DNA of 64,000 bases. It comes from Lingula anatina (Eukaryota > Animalia > Brachiopoda). Made by a program: the position numbers and the translations under genes. The stretch spans positions 15,398,534 through 15,462,533 of the forward strand of contig CM120644.1 of NCBI GenBank assembly GCA_051362555.1, read 5' to 3'. Of this stretch, positions 40,001-51,371 are shown one piece after another (the first letter of the stretch is position 1; every line of letters starts with the position of its first letter). The notes under the pieces were generated by a model. It was not told where the DNA came from and made no database searches. It saw only the letters and a list, made by a program, of their open reading frames with translations.

Positions 40001-41197
40001 AAAATCTTCACCGATAATTGCTTAAGATTATCATATATGTATGTCCAAACACGTGAAAGACGTAATCTCCGTACCTCTCCTCCTCCTCTTAATTAAAGGG
40101 ATAACAACTGTTCGTGTGAGATTCACAATTCACAATCTATTCACTGTAAACAACTCATAGAAGTATAATAAATTCCACCGTACCTGTCAAACAACGGTTA
40201 TTACAATAATTCTGGAATCTGTGTTTGCCATCAGATAGTACATGTACGGAACGTCAAAGATGGCATAGATGCCTCCGTTATAATTTCTTAAGAGATTATT
40301 ACAAAAAAAAAAGTTTCTAGAAAAAAATATGGACTAACTTTGAATGTCTAAATTGATTCTTTAACCATTGGTAATTATGGAAAAATACGTCGTTTACCCC
40401 AGAAAAAAAAAACATGTTTTTCTGGGCCAAAACCAAGTTGTTATCCCTTTAACCTCTGCATCCGCCAGTGATAAATTCTTTGCATTCGTTCCAGAAACGT
40501 GAACCAGGTGCAACATTATCGTACATGTCAAACTTTGATGCGAATACACGTGATTACCGCGATTGCTGTTACATTTCCGGGGTTTAGTGCTCAATGTCGT
40601 AAATTTGCTGCTACACTGTAAAATACCAACATGTGCAGTCCTTCTTTGATAAGCACGGAATTTTGTGCTCGTTCTCAGCGATAAACAAAATGAAGCATTT
40701 TCCCTAGAATTGTGGTCTTTTGAGACCTATCTATTCTATTTCGTTATTGTGCCTTTCTTTATTACTATTGTGCTCTTCTTCTTTCAAATCCATGAATCTA
40801 TTTGCAACTTTTTGACAAATATCGCGTATTAAATTACGTCTTCGTGACTACAACTTTGCGGAAGGGAAGACAGCCCTAACCATGTCAATTACTCAACCAA
40901 TGTTCAAGCAAATGACAGACAGACAGACAGACGAACAAACAAACAGACGGAAAGACAAACAGACACACATATAAATAGCAGATCTCGATTTTGTATATAC
41001 ATTGATATCTACTAGGGTCATCTTATCAGATATCACAGAGAGGCCAACTACAATAATGTTAATAAAAGGACACCTACCCCATGTACATAATCCGGTAACT
41101 CCGGTGTCGTCGGGGTCGCACTCGTCCGTCCGATAAGCAGAGAGAAACACCCAACCGCTAACATTTGCCGTGCTAACGAAAACTTGATTGCCTCCAT
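18098..41197 (-). CDS. Class B1 (secretin-family) GPCR, parathyroid hormone receptor-like, 12 coding exons, 641 aa
   Basis: join(41197-41078,32743-32644,31017-30907,28242-28112,26669-26575,26131-25963,22577-22421,22025-21965,21290-21221,20964-20873,19154-19007,18769-18098). All GT-AG and phase consistent. Motifs: [77 protein letters not shown]. Confidence 0.93.
19007..19154 (-). CDS. GPCR exon 11 (TM6, TM7)
   Basis: [28 protein letters not shown]. Confidence 0.95.
20451..20835. mobile_element. MITE with GGGGCCTGTTTCACA-type TIR (Harbinger-like)
   Basis: Ends GGGGCCTGTTTCACA / TGTGAAACCGGCTTC, plus an inner inverted match AAATTTTTGGGCTA / TAGCCCAAAAACTT. Confidence 0.6.
20873..20964 (-). CDS. 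GPCR exon 10 (TM5, ICL3)
   Basis: [24 protein letters not shown]. Confidence 0.95.
21221..21290 (-). CDS. GPCR exon 9 (ECL2, TM5)
   Basis: [23 protein letters not shown]. Confidence 0.93.
21965..22025 (-). CDS. GPCR exon 8 (TM4)
   Basis: 61-nt exon encoding [18 protein letters not shown]. Confidence 0.93.
22140..22222 (+). mobile_element. Partial copy (one TIR arm) of the 4158-4417 MITE family
   Basis: GGGCCCATTCCCAATAAAACTATCGTTCTACGTAG..GGGACTCTCGCTGAAAGCAATCAG. Confidence 0.7.
22421..22577 (-). CDS. GPCR exon 7 (TM3, start of TM4)
   Basis: [37 protein letters not shown]. Confidence 0.95.
24949..25024. repeat. (TA)n microsatellite
   Basis: Long perfect TA run; a similar run lies at 51284-51365. 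Confidence 0.95.
25963..26131 (-). CDS. GPCR exon 6 (TM2, ECL1)
   Basis: [21 protein letters not shown]. Confidence 0.93.
26575..26669 (-). CDS. GPCR exon 5 (TM1)
   Basis: [25 protein letters not shown]. Confidence 0.95.
27775..27872. repeat. 30-bp tandem repeat, about 3 copies
   Basis: AGGGTAACACAACATGAATAAAGGCAAAAT units; degenerate GGGTAACA copies continue to the exon-4 donor. Confidence 0.8.
28112..28242 (-). CDS. GPCR exon 4
   Basis: [19 protein letters not shown]. Confidence 0.95.
29587..29801. repeat. Recent ~110-bp tandem duplication
   Basis: TTCAAGATTATATGTAAATTCCAGCGAAAACGACCG..GAAGTCTCGCAAAAG occurs twice, near-identical. Confidence 0.9.
30907..31017 (-). CDS. GPCR exon 3 (hormone-binding domain)
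   Basis: [28 protein letters not shown]. Confidence 0.95.
32644..32743 (-). CDS. GPCR exon 2 (ECD alpha helix)
   Basis: [25 protein letters not shown], similar to PTH1R KEEQIFLL..C; boundaries ttgcag| and |gtaagt. Confidence 0.9.
34585..34751. mobile_element. Small MITE with CAGGGGCGGAT TIRs (hAT-like termini)
   Basis: CAGGGGCGGAT ... ATCCGCCCCTG with GTTAC on both flanks; the same terminus occurs at ~39461-39472. Confidence 0.65.
40097..40448 (-). mobile_element. TTAA/AGGG MITE, copy 2 (more diverged, inverted)
   Basis: TTAA|AGGGATAACAACT ... AGTTGTTATCCCT|TTAA; interior homologous to copies 1 and 3. Confidence 0.8.
41078..41197 (-). CDS. GPCR coding exon 1 (signal peptide)
   Basis: [40 protein letters not shown]; GGCATGG Kozak-like context; donor GGG|gtaggt is phase 0, matching the next exon. 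Confidence 0.7.
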
Positions 41198-44044
41198 GCC
41201 CACTGAAGTACGTTGCCCGGGTTATAAAAGTCACAGTGTTACGCCAGATTCATCTCCAGAATTATCGTTATCCATCCATCAAGCTAAAAGTCTACTTCCT
41301 ATTGCGTTTCTCTCCTGACAACGCTATTATAAAGTTCATTTGCCCGTAGAATAATCCTTTACTCAATTCGCAAACGTAAGTCTTCTATGCCGTTTTCAGA
41401 CTCCGTTTTAAGTGCCGGGACATAAAAACTGCATCATGAGCAATTTCCATTTGATTGCTTCACACTCAATGATTTCATATCGTACACTAGCTGTTTCTTC
41501 GTCTGAATGCTGTGTTGCGTTTAAGGTGTAATCAGAGAGCTTCAATACGATCCACACTGAAATAAGTGTTTCTAGTTTGCTTCTGTGCTGTATATTTAAC
41601 ATGCAATGTTCACTTTTATGTAAGTTAATTTGCGTGTCGTGGGTTTCCTGCCGTTCTATGACGATATTCCTTCACCAGTTTTGAACCTTGTGTCGTTGAT
41701 CAGTGACCATATATCGTCCGTCGTGCATCTATGTATCGTCTAAATCCAATCCTATGTCAGTGACTACCTATTGTATTACATCACTTATCGGGTTATTTTA
41801 TACTGGGTTCACCACAACCGCCTAAAAACCACACTGCGTTTGTCCTTTTTATGGAAATAACTTTTCCCCGCAAATGCTGTCGTTTGCGGTTTGTATGTGG
41901 GTTTTACTGTCTTCTCACCTCGGACTCACACACTTCACTTGCGGTCAGTGTGCGTGTTCAATTCTCTCCACTTCTCCGCGGCGAAACTCGATCTCGTTAT
42001 CAACCCACTGTGTGTTCGGGTGCACAGCAACGCTTTTTATTGCGCGTGCTAGGGCAAAGAATCAGCAAGAACAATTGCCTTGATAAGCAGGAATCGGTGC
42101 AGTGAATCTACCTTTCAAAATTTTTGATTATTGTTTTTGTTCTAAGCGGCCATCCCCATTTGCAGGCCAGGCCGAATGTGCGCGCGTGAGTATGCGTGTT
42201 TGCATGTGCGCGCACGCGTTCTGGTCTGTGTCTCTCCCTGTAGGGCGATGTGTTTTAGCTGTCTCACTTATAATCCGAATATGCGTGTATAAGTTTTCAC
42301 CGTCGTACCTCTTATAGCGTTACTATTTTTCTCTCTGGCTCAAGTTCGAGCTGGTTATTCCTGACCTTGCCGTTCTGAGGCTATAGTCCAACAGTGTAAA
42401 GTCCGTGGGAACCACACATCTGTTACTTATCTGGAATGGATTAAATGAAAAAGTTAATACTGGTCATGCAAAATATAGTACTCATTGATATCTGTGGCAG
42501 ATGGACATTTATTTATTACTTTTGCATAAATTGTGTGTAAGTGTACTGTAGATATAAATGTCTTAGTTGTCCAAGGAAAATTATGCTTGCTCAAATCTGC
42601 TTTTTTAAAGGAGTTTAATTTTTGCAAAGATGATGAAGACGAGGCGACTCCTATTGATTTCCAGGAGGTTGTTTTGCATGTTTCGAAATGTCCAGGTTTT
42701 GAAAATAAGTGTAAACATGTTATTGGCCATTGACAATTTAAAAATAATCTTCATTGTTTTTAATTTGTGATGTAGTATTAATGTCATGAAATTGCTTCAA
42801 GAGACATAAGGTGAGGACACCTGCCAATTTGCAAATTGTAATAGAGATTGGATCGATAGATTTTTGTGGGGAATGGAATCGATTTGAAGGCCCGGAAATC
42901 AGGATGATTCATTTATAGAAAGCTCTCTAGCGCGGCAATTTTGTCTCCATTCTCGACTCATTCTGCTTTTTGGAGGTGGGATCTCTGGGCTCGATAACTC
43001 GAAAATTGCGACCAAACGCAAACATTGTGATCCTTCGCTATTTGCGATGGCGATCCCCCCCCCCCCCCCCCCCCTTTGCTTACTCAAAGCCATGCAATCG
43101 CGCCGCATTATTTGAGTGGCCCGAAGTAGAATTATACATGTATAGATCCGAAACTTGGATCGCCGCATAAAGTGAAGTGTCACAATAACACACAATATAG
43201 TCTAATTTTATTTCATTAATTTTCTCATCAAGAAATAAAAATATATAAAAAATGCAAATACTGATATTTTTAGTGTTTGACACCAATAAAATTTCAAAAC
43301 AATATTATTTGTAATTTATTTAAGTTGTTAGATATTTCATCAGCCCAACTATACCGCTATTCAATAAAATAAGCATGTTATTAATACTATGGACTTTATC
43401 TGATATATTGGTCTGTAGTGCTCAATCTCATAATAACACACACTGAGGAAGGTCACAGTTTAACCGAATGCTTTGTGTCTGCTTTTTCATTTTGTTTGGA
43501 AAGTGAAAAGTTTAAACTTTTAATAATTTTCCAGAGACTACACCGATGGACTTTCATCAGAAAATATGAATTTGTATATGGAATGTTTAATTTGAATCTT
43601 TTAATTTTATGAATAATAAAATATGAATTCATGTGCTTGCCAATCTCACATTGATGAATTGGAATGTGGCCTGTCCTGAAGATTGTTACACAAATAATAT
43701 CGGATGATAGTATAGTACCCTTTTTACGTGCATGGCGCTATGTCGGTTTTTGTTTATGGAAACAAGCTGAAAGTGACCGGATACAATCATGCAACTTTGT
43801 TTTTTGTAAGCAAGAAATATGTCGCTGGTGATGCTGCAACATTCACATGTACAATAACTACACTTCGCCTCCAGGTAGATGACACAATAAACCGAGGAAT
43901 ATATTGTCTCCAAGATCCGAAGCACGGACACCGAGGACTAACTCAAACAACCAGTGAAGTCGGTACAGAACATCCATTAATTACAAATGCAGTTTTGGCG
44001 ATAATAGACGTACTAGTACTTAAATAACCAGATGCTTAATACAT

Positions 44045-44328
44045 TTAGGGATTAAACATTGGTGAGGAGCCATAGATGTCCGAATGTTGTAAAAAAGTTG
44101 TCTTCCTAGTGCATTCTTAATGTTTGAGGAGTGCTTAAATTAAACATTTGCATACAAAGTGAAATAACTCACAGTGGAGCAAACCCCATCAAATACCTGT
44201 ACTTGTATTGTGAAAGTAGAAAAAGAAAAGTAGCTGTGTGTGACATAGAAGTTACCACACTGGAAAAACACCATCCAGATGCCAGTTTTGTAAAATGAGT
44301 TTATTTATGAAGATAAGTGTATAAAACA
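44045..44328 (+). pseudogene. Decayed C2H2 finger remnants upstream of the intact ZNF ORF
   Basis: Linker-like remnants (CATTGGTGAGGAGCCA, CACAGTGGAGCAAACCCC, CACACTGGAAAAACACCA..TGCCAGTTTTGT) carrying frameshifts and stops. Confidence 0.65.
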
Positions 44329-45441
44329 ATGGAGAAAAAACACAATGGAGAAAAAACATTCCAGTGCCATTATTGTGATATGAGTTTTAAGCAGAAACGT
44401 AGCTATTTAAGGCATGAAAGGACACACACTGGAGAAAAACCATTCAAATGCCAGTATTGTGAAATCCGCTTTAGTTCCAAAGGTAACTGTACAAAACATG
44501 AGAAAATCCACACTGGAGAAAAACCATTCAAATGCAGGTATTGCATAAAGAGTTTTAATAACAAAAGTTCCTGTATAAAGCATGAAAGGATTCACACTGG
44601 AGAAAAACCATTCAAATGCCAGTATTGCGATAAGAGCTTTAGTGACAAAGTTTTATGTAGAGTACATGAATGGGTTCATGTCAGGGAAAAACCATTCAAA
44701 TGCCAGTATTGCGGAAAGAGTTTTAGTACCAAAAGTAGATGTACACGGCATGAAATGATTCACACTGGAGAAAAACCATTCAGGTGCCAGTATTGTGAAA
44801 TGAGTTTCAATTTAAAAAGTAGCCATGTACAACACGAAAGGATTCACACTGGAGAAAAACCATTCAAATGCCAGTATTGTGAAATGAGTTTCAATTTAAA
44901 AAGTAGCCATGTACGACACGAAAGAATTCACACTGGAGAAAAACCATTCAAATGCCAGTATTGTGATAAGAGTTTTGGTGATAGCAGTGCATGTAGAGAG
45001 CATGAATGGGTTCATGCTCTAGAAAAACCATTCAAATGCCATTATTGTGACAAGAGTTTTGGTGTGAAAAGTAAATATACACTGCATGAAAGGATACACA
45101 CTGGAGAAAAACCATTCAAATGTCAGTATTGTGGAAAGAGTTTTAGTGTGCGCGGTAAATGTGCACTGCATGAAAGAATTCACACTGGAGAAAGACAATT
45201 TAAATGCCAGTACTGTGAACAGAGTTTTAATCAGAAGGGCCAGTGTATACAACACGAAAGGATCCACACTGGAGAAAAACCATTCAGTTGCAATTTTTGC
45301 GAAAAGAGTTTTAATCAGAAAATTCACTGTATACAACATGAAAGGATCCACACTGGAGAAAAACCATTCAGATGCAATTATTGTGGAAAGAGTTTTAATC
45401 AGAAGATTGCGTGTATAAAACATGAAAGGCTCCACAGTTGA
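44329..45441 (+). CDS. Tandem C2H2 (Kruppel-type) zinc-finger protein, 13 fingers, ~370 aa from the first ATG; possibly a partial pseudogene
   Basis: 13 x CxxC-12-HxxxH, mostly with TGEKPF linkers, and 84-bp periodicity. The true start and any upstream exons are uncertain. Confidence 0.8.
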   Translation: MEKKHNGEKTFQCHYCDMSFKQKRSYLRHERTHTGEKPFKCQYCEIRFSSKGNCTKHEKIHTGEKPFKCRYCIKSFNNKSSCIKHERIHTGEKPFKCQYCDKSFSDKVLCRVHEWVHVREKPFKCQYCGKSFSTKSRCTRHEMIHTGEKPFRCQYCEMSFNLKSSHVQHERIHTGEKPFKCQYCEMSFNLKSSHVRHERIHTGEKPFKCQYCDKSFGDSSACREHEWVHALEKPFKCHYCDKSFGVKSKYTLHERIHTGEKPFKCQYCGKSFSVRGKCALHERIHTGERQFKCQYCEQSFNQKGQCIQHERIHTGEKPFSCNFCEKSFNQKIHCIQHERIHTGEKPFRCNYCGKSFNQKIACIKHERLHS

Positions 45442-45876
45442 GAAAAAAGATTCAAATATCAGTATCGTGAAAGGCCTTTTAATAGTAAAGGTACTAATAC
45501 CTGTATACAGCATGAAAGGACTCACACTGGAGAAAAACCATTTAAGTGCCAGAATTGTGAAAAGAGTTTTCGTGTAAAAAATAGCTGTATACAACATGAA
45601 GATAGGATTCACACTTCTCCTTCACTGCAGTCTGTCAAAAAAGGAGATGAGGTAATGTCACCTGAAGCTAAAGTTTCTCTTCAGTCTCTTAAAAAGGAAT
45701 TTCAAACTGAAGATTCATCTCTTGGGACAAAGAAACAAAGGGGTGTCTATACTGCTGAAGCTAAAATCAAAGAGGAGTGTGATGATAAGATTGCCCCAGA
45801 AGTGAGGTCTGAGATATATATCCTGTTGCAATATTTAGAAATATTTTTGCAGATGCTGATTTATAATGTTTATTAA
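45442..45876 (+). pseudogene. Former in-frame C-terminus of the ZNF beyond a premature TGA
   Basis: The same frame stays open to 45876: one finger with lost cysteines (YQYR), one finger CQNC..HEDRIH, then a tail containing VKKG, LKKE and IKEE. Confidence 0.7.
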
Positions 45877-45989
45877 TACATAAAATCATGTGCTCTTTTA
45901 TGTAAGTGTGTGTCTTCAAACATAAGAGAAAACAAACTTAATATGGTGTATTCCCACAGGTCCTATGCTTGTATATTATTTATACTTGC

Positions 45990-45995
45990 AATAAA
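45990..45995 (+). terminator. Candidate polyadenylation signal for the ZNF
   Basis: AATAAA followed by GT/T-rich sequence. Confidence 0.5.
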
Positions 45996-47467
45996 AGTTT
46001 TGAAGTGGTTTGCTCGTTACTTGTAATGTGAAAAACAGCATTGTGTCAATTTGCAATAACTGTTGTATTATAATTTGCAAGTCCTTGCTCTTTTGGACAG
46101 TTTCATTTGTTAGATTTTTTTGTTCTTTTTTCTTTTCATTTATTTATTTATAAACCTATTTTGCCTTGCCCTCCATGAAATTTTATTAATATTCTGTCTT
46201 GTATTTCATCTTCTGGTTAACACTTTCATGCTTATTCTGGCCATTTAATGCAAAGAGATGCTGAGCCCAATGATTGCAAATAAAGGCACTTAAGCAATTA
46301 CTTGCAGTAAATTAAGTAAATAAATTACTTTGGCCATTTGCTGCTTCCCTACTTTTCCCTGTCATTTTATCAACCAGCTCGCATTTCATTTCACTACAAT
46401 TACCCGATATACAATGTAAAGGCAAGTCTAAATGGTTATCGTCTAAAGTCTGACGTAGAATCAAAGTACGTGTTAATTTTTTTCTGTACTTGGCGGCTTC
46501 TCTCGGTGAGTCTCCAATGTGACGTGACGGAGTCCCCCATGATAGAAAATTAGCACAGATAATCCTCGTCCTAGATTTTGACCCACTCATGTCAGGTTAA
46601 CCCTAACCTGTATAATTAAATGGAGGATGAACTGTCTGTTACTCAGACCCTCCGCTTCGTCACACTCACATAAGGATATACCAGTACATAAATTGCTTAA
46701 TGATCGATATCCCGCAGTAAGAATCCGATTTTAGCTTAAATTTTAGAAACATTTATACATGTTTTATTTTAGTAGAGTCTCAAGGTAAAAAATAATTTTA
46801 AAAAATAATTTAAAAAAACGTAGGTTTAACCACTTCTACCTTTTTTAAAAAAATTATTATGGTTTTGCATTAACGTCTTAAGCTATGTATGATATGGAAT
46901 AAAGTTTGTGAAAAACCAAGTTGGGTGCTTTTCGTGACCTTGAGCATGACTTTTGACTTTACTCGCACAGAAACATATGGTACTGATTTTTTAAACTCTT
47001 ATATCTTTTTATGTTTGCACTAGATGACATGCAGGAAGCTGTAAACCGTTCACCTGTTCGATGTTCGACCATACTTTCCAGAACTTGGGATTTATTAAAA
47101 TATTACATCTCAATTATAATTATTTGAAGGCAGTCACTGATATATGACTTATTATCCTACAAAATAGTACTACCGTAAAATTCCAATGAATTTGAATAAG
47201 TATTGCTATCAGCATATCCGAAAGATATCCAACAGTTTGATATCGGCAGAAAAGATGACCAGGCTTTTTTGAATTGTGAATTGAATGTAATATAATATAT
47301 GTATATATATTATAATTTCTACCCTCGGGGTTGCTTTATCCCAATAAAGATTATAAAAGATCAAGTTCCGAACACAAAGTTGTGCATGTATGCATCCCCA
47401 GCGTCGTTATCATCTGTCACCAGCAAAAGAAGACTGCAGTTGCTGGGCACTGCCCACGCACCTTAAC

Positions 47468-47643
47468 AGGGGCCATTCAGAATGGATGATCCGAGTACTA
47501 ACTGACCCAGCGACTAAATATGACCGACGCGTGTGGAGGCGGGGAGACCACCAGGAATCGGCGGCATCGCTTTTCAACTGTGGTCTGCCATTTGTAGTCG
47601 GCGGATCAGTTAGTACTCGGATCATTTATTCTGAATGGGGCCT
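47468..47643. mobile_element. Small hairpin MITE (~175 bp, ~50-bp TIR)
   Basis: CCATTCAGAATGGATGATCCGAGTACTAACTGA / TCAGTTAGTACTCGGATCATTTATTCTGAATGG. Confidence 0.8.
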
Positions 47644-49842
47644 TAGACCAGCCAGTCTCTAAACTGTCATTTCGGGGAAAAGGCTCACAGAAGCAGGCCG
47701 AATGTAACTTAAGCCGGCAACATCATGAATGATACTGGTTTTCAAACTAATGAGATCCTTTCAGAAAGGAGAGAGAAACAACCCTGGTCTAAATATGCTG
47801 CTGCTGTTCTCATTCCGCCCAAGAGCGAAGGATGATGATGGTGATTTTTTTTTTTTTTTTTTTTTTTTTTGATAAATTCTGTTTATGTTTCCAGCTCTCT
47901 GAAATGCGAGTTAAGTTCAAGACGCAAATACCTTTTTGTGAATTACTAAAATACGCTAACCTCCGGTAAAAACATGATTTTAGAATTTGTAAGTTATAAA
48001 TCCGAAAGGTGTAAGAAATTACCGTAGAGAGATACAACCTCTTAAAAATGTCTTAATAAGGACAACGATCGTTGTGCATTGATCAGGGGAAAACCGTTTC
48101 CATCAGACGGGAGGAGGCTTAATAAAGAGATGATGCAGTATTGAAAAACCGCTTTCTTTTTCATCAGAGACGACCCGTTGCCCTTTTTCACTGAAAGGGC
48201 AAATGTACCCCCAGCACTGTTCCGATGACCAATATTTGTTCTTTGAAACTGAAAACAGGCGAGAACCATTGGAGACTCCAGAGGGGAGAGGGGGGGGGGG
48301 GGGGGTAAATATGGCTCTTTCACGCTGAACAATGTCCCAATGTTAACATGGCTCTTTGCAATCATTACGTACTTTTAAAGAGGATCATATTTCTCATTAA
48401 TGATTCTCCTCGATATATCCGTGATACAAACTAACGGTTATTTTTTTACACATTACGTCTAAATGTTCATTATCACATAAGTGAGTGGAGTTATATACAA
48501 GGCAGAAACCTTTTTTCCGCTTCAGTTCTCAAAGGTGAACAAAATAGGGAAGCCCAGAGGAAGTAATTATTACGAACAAAACAGAAAAACCAAGTTATTA
48601 ATAAACACAAAACCTGTCATCTATCTACACTGAGGTAACCGAAGATCTGCTATGTATCCCTCCGCCTTTGTTCAGTCGACTTAATCGGCTACAACAGACA
48701 GACGGGGAGTCCCGATACGTACGCCTTAATGTCCCTTAGCAAACTAATAAAGGCCATAAATGACGAAAAACAAAGTATCACATTTTACAAAATAATTAAC
48801 TGGAAGGAATATAGTAAATGAGAGGAAAATTTACCTTATATCTGTTCATAAAAGAGCGGTGAAAAAGAGAAGACAAATGTATTCCCCTGTGCAAGAAGGA
48901 ACGGAGGGAAAAAACTAATCAGGTTAAAACTCATTAATTCCCTATAGTGCGTTAATTATCCAGTTAAATTTTCTCTCATAAGAGATCCCATGCATTATAT
49001 GGCAAAACGCAACGAACGCATTAGAATGTTATAAAAGATTAACACGAAGCGGAAGTAACAAAAAGGAAGAAACCAAAGGAAATTAAGAATTATTTATTAA
49101 CTGCATGAGCTCGTCAAGGTGCCAGACCATATTGTTACTCAAAAACGGTGCTCATAGGCCTATTTATTTCATGTTATATTACTAACATTAAAACATAAGA
49201 TGAGCCCGATGGGTTGGGTATAGGACAGGGAAGAGGGAAAGACGCCCCGTTCAAAACGAAATAGCAGACAGTGTCACATCGTCCATTTCCAAGTTAAAAA
49301 GCAGACCAAGACTAAAAAAAGTACATGCCATGCTCCGTGAATTCAGTGCTACAAAATATATACACTACATACATCTGCGCAAGTGATTTTTTCAGCAGGG
49401 GGGGGGGGGGTGATCTCACCCTAAATATATAGAAAGGTTGTCCATTATGTATGTAATCTCTACCTCACAGAATATGCAGAGGGACCAATGTCATTTTCAC
49501 AATGCGTTGCTTTTCCATCTTCAGCACTACGATAGAATGACTGAGTGTCTTATGCCTTCATGTTCTAAGGGATTTGGAGAATAAGAGATAATTCAGTTTA
49601 TCAATGTCACTCTTCTTTTTTCTGAGAGAAAGATTTGCACCACAGGGTTTTGCTCTGTGTGTTGGAGAGGGGGAGAGGCAGGATGAAAAGTGCTTGTCCA
49701 GCTTTGGTCGGCAAATACAAACAGTGAAAGAAGACAACTTTTCATTAATACGTACGTAGGGCACAGAAATGAAAAATGGGGGGAATTGTCTTGCCGTGCT
49801 TGCTCTGATACATGAAGCCTAAGAGAGGAGGTGCCTCCAAAG

Positions 49843-49918
<76 letters not shown>

Positions 49919-50865
49919 CACATGAGTGCTTTACACACCCCTGGGACCAAAACAATACCAGTACTTGTCTTTGGATAGAAAGGGTTCCCTTGGAGAATCA
50001 CATAATGATCCTAAAAATGGAATATTTGATAGGTCGACTTAAGGGAAAAAAACGATAAATTCTCCAGAGGACTTTAAGAAGATTAAGACAAATGGCAAAT
50101 GATGAATTTAACCGATCCATTGTAACCATCTTTGCAGACATAAGGAAAACCTAAATCGTTTCAGTCTGCGTGAGAAGGCATTGATAGACGGCGTGTGTGT
50201 GAGTGTGAGTGTGTGTGTGTGTGTGTAACAATTTTAACATACCACTTTTTAAAACAAACAAATGGACGCCTCAACGGCCACATAATTAAACGGAGGCTAC
50301 TCTTCGCAGATATACTATCAAAGTAAATATTTAAAAGCGTTGCCAGACCTTTCCGTCTTGTGTACAAAAACACGTTTCAGAGCCCAGGCCGTCGATGTAG
50401 AAGACAGATCCGACTAAAAGGTCAGCATAGTTTGTATACAAGACAAGTGGCCGGCACTTGACATTGAAGATAAGACTAATTGCCCATAAGTCCAAAGCAA
50501 TATGGGATACTTTAGACGATAACTAAATAACTATGTGACGAAGCCAAGGAAAAATTCAGAAATATACCTCGGCTACCGTAGGTTGTTATAAGATATGAAT
50601 TAGAAGCAGATAAGACCGTCTGCCTACACGCCTAATTTGAGCGAATCCAATAAAAGATATTTGCTTGGATACACTGGTCGCTGAAGCGATTGAAAGCAAA
50701 GAAAATAAGTCTTAACTGCAGGTGTACAATACCATGGATGTTAAATTCTGTAAAGGTCAAATTTTCTGAAGATGATACCTTTTCTCTTAATGTTGGAGAA
50801 TTTACCATATTGTGAATTCAATCAACGTATTTGTTTTTCTGTATTATATGTAACAAGGCAGCGAT

Positions 50866-51026
50866 TTTTGATTATTATTGATTATTTATTGATCATTAAT
50901 ACCTATAAATTAATGCCTACCCTATAAATTTCATCTAAATCGGTCCATAACTTTTTGAGTTATGCCGATGACAAACAGACAGACAGACAGACAGGGGTGA
51001 TAACATAACCTCCTTGGCGGAGGTAA
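50866..51026 (+). mobile_element. Helentron-associated element, 3' part
   Basis: AAATCGGTCCATAAC core, (ACAG)n, and terminal hairpin ACCTCC-TTGGC-GGAGGT. Confidence 0.6.
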
Positions 51027-51278
51027 CAAATCATGCCTTCATTAACAAACACATTTACCAAACAGCAAATACCTACCGAATGCTGATGCTGTAACAGCAA
51101 GACTGACAGATATATAAATGAATGAATATAACTATATATTTATATTTGGAGAGAGAGACAGAGAGAGAGGCCTAGCGTCGACTATGTTGTCCGTGTTCGT
51201 TTTTAAACGCTTTTAAACGTTTTGAAAAACACAAAACCGGAAGGGCTACATTGTAACTTTGAAAAAGTCCAGTTCATT

Positions 51279-51371
<93 letters not shown>

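Noticed and set aside
40893-41234. 113-aa ORF-track translation (MTFITRATY...)
   Set aside because: Wrong frame; the overlapping frame from ATG 41197 gives the GPCR signal peptide with a phase-matched donor.
42602-42670. Acidic stretch EFNFCKDDEDEATPIDFQE as an upstream ZNF exon
   Set aside because: Could not be linked in frame through the frameshifted region to the finger ORF; left unresolved.
45439-45441. In-frame TGA as selenocysteine or programmed readthrough
   Set aside because: It replaces a linker Gly, the context TGA-G is not readthrough-prone, no SECIS was recognised, and the next finger is degenerate.
44407-45612. Antisense ORFs with FEWFFSSV repeats (197 aa) and the shifted TLEKNH frame
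   Set aside because: Well-known shadows of TGEKPF linker repeats.
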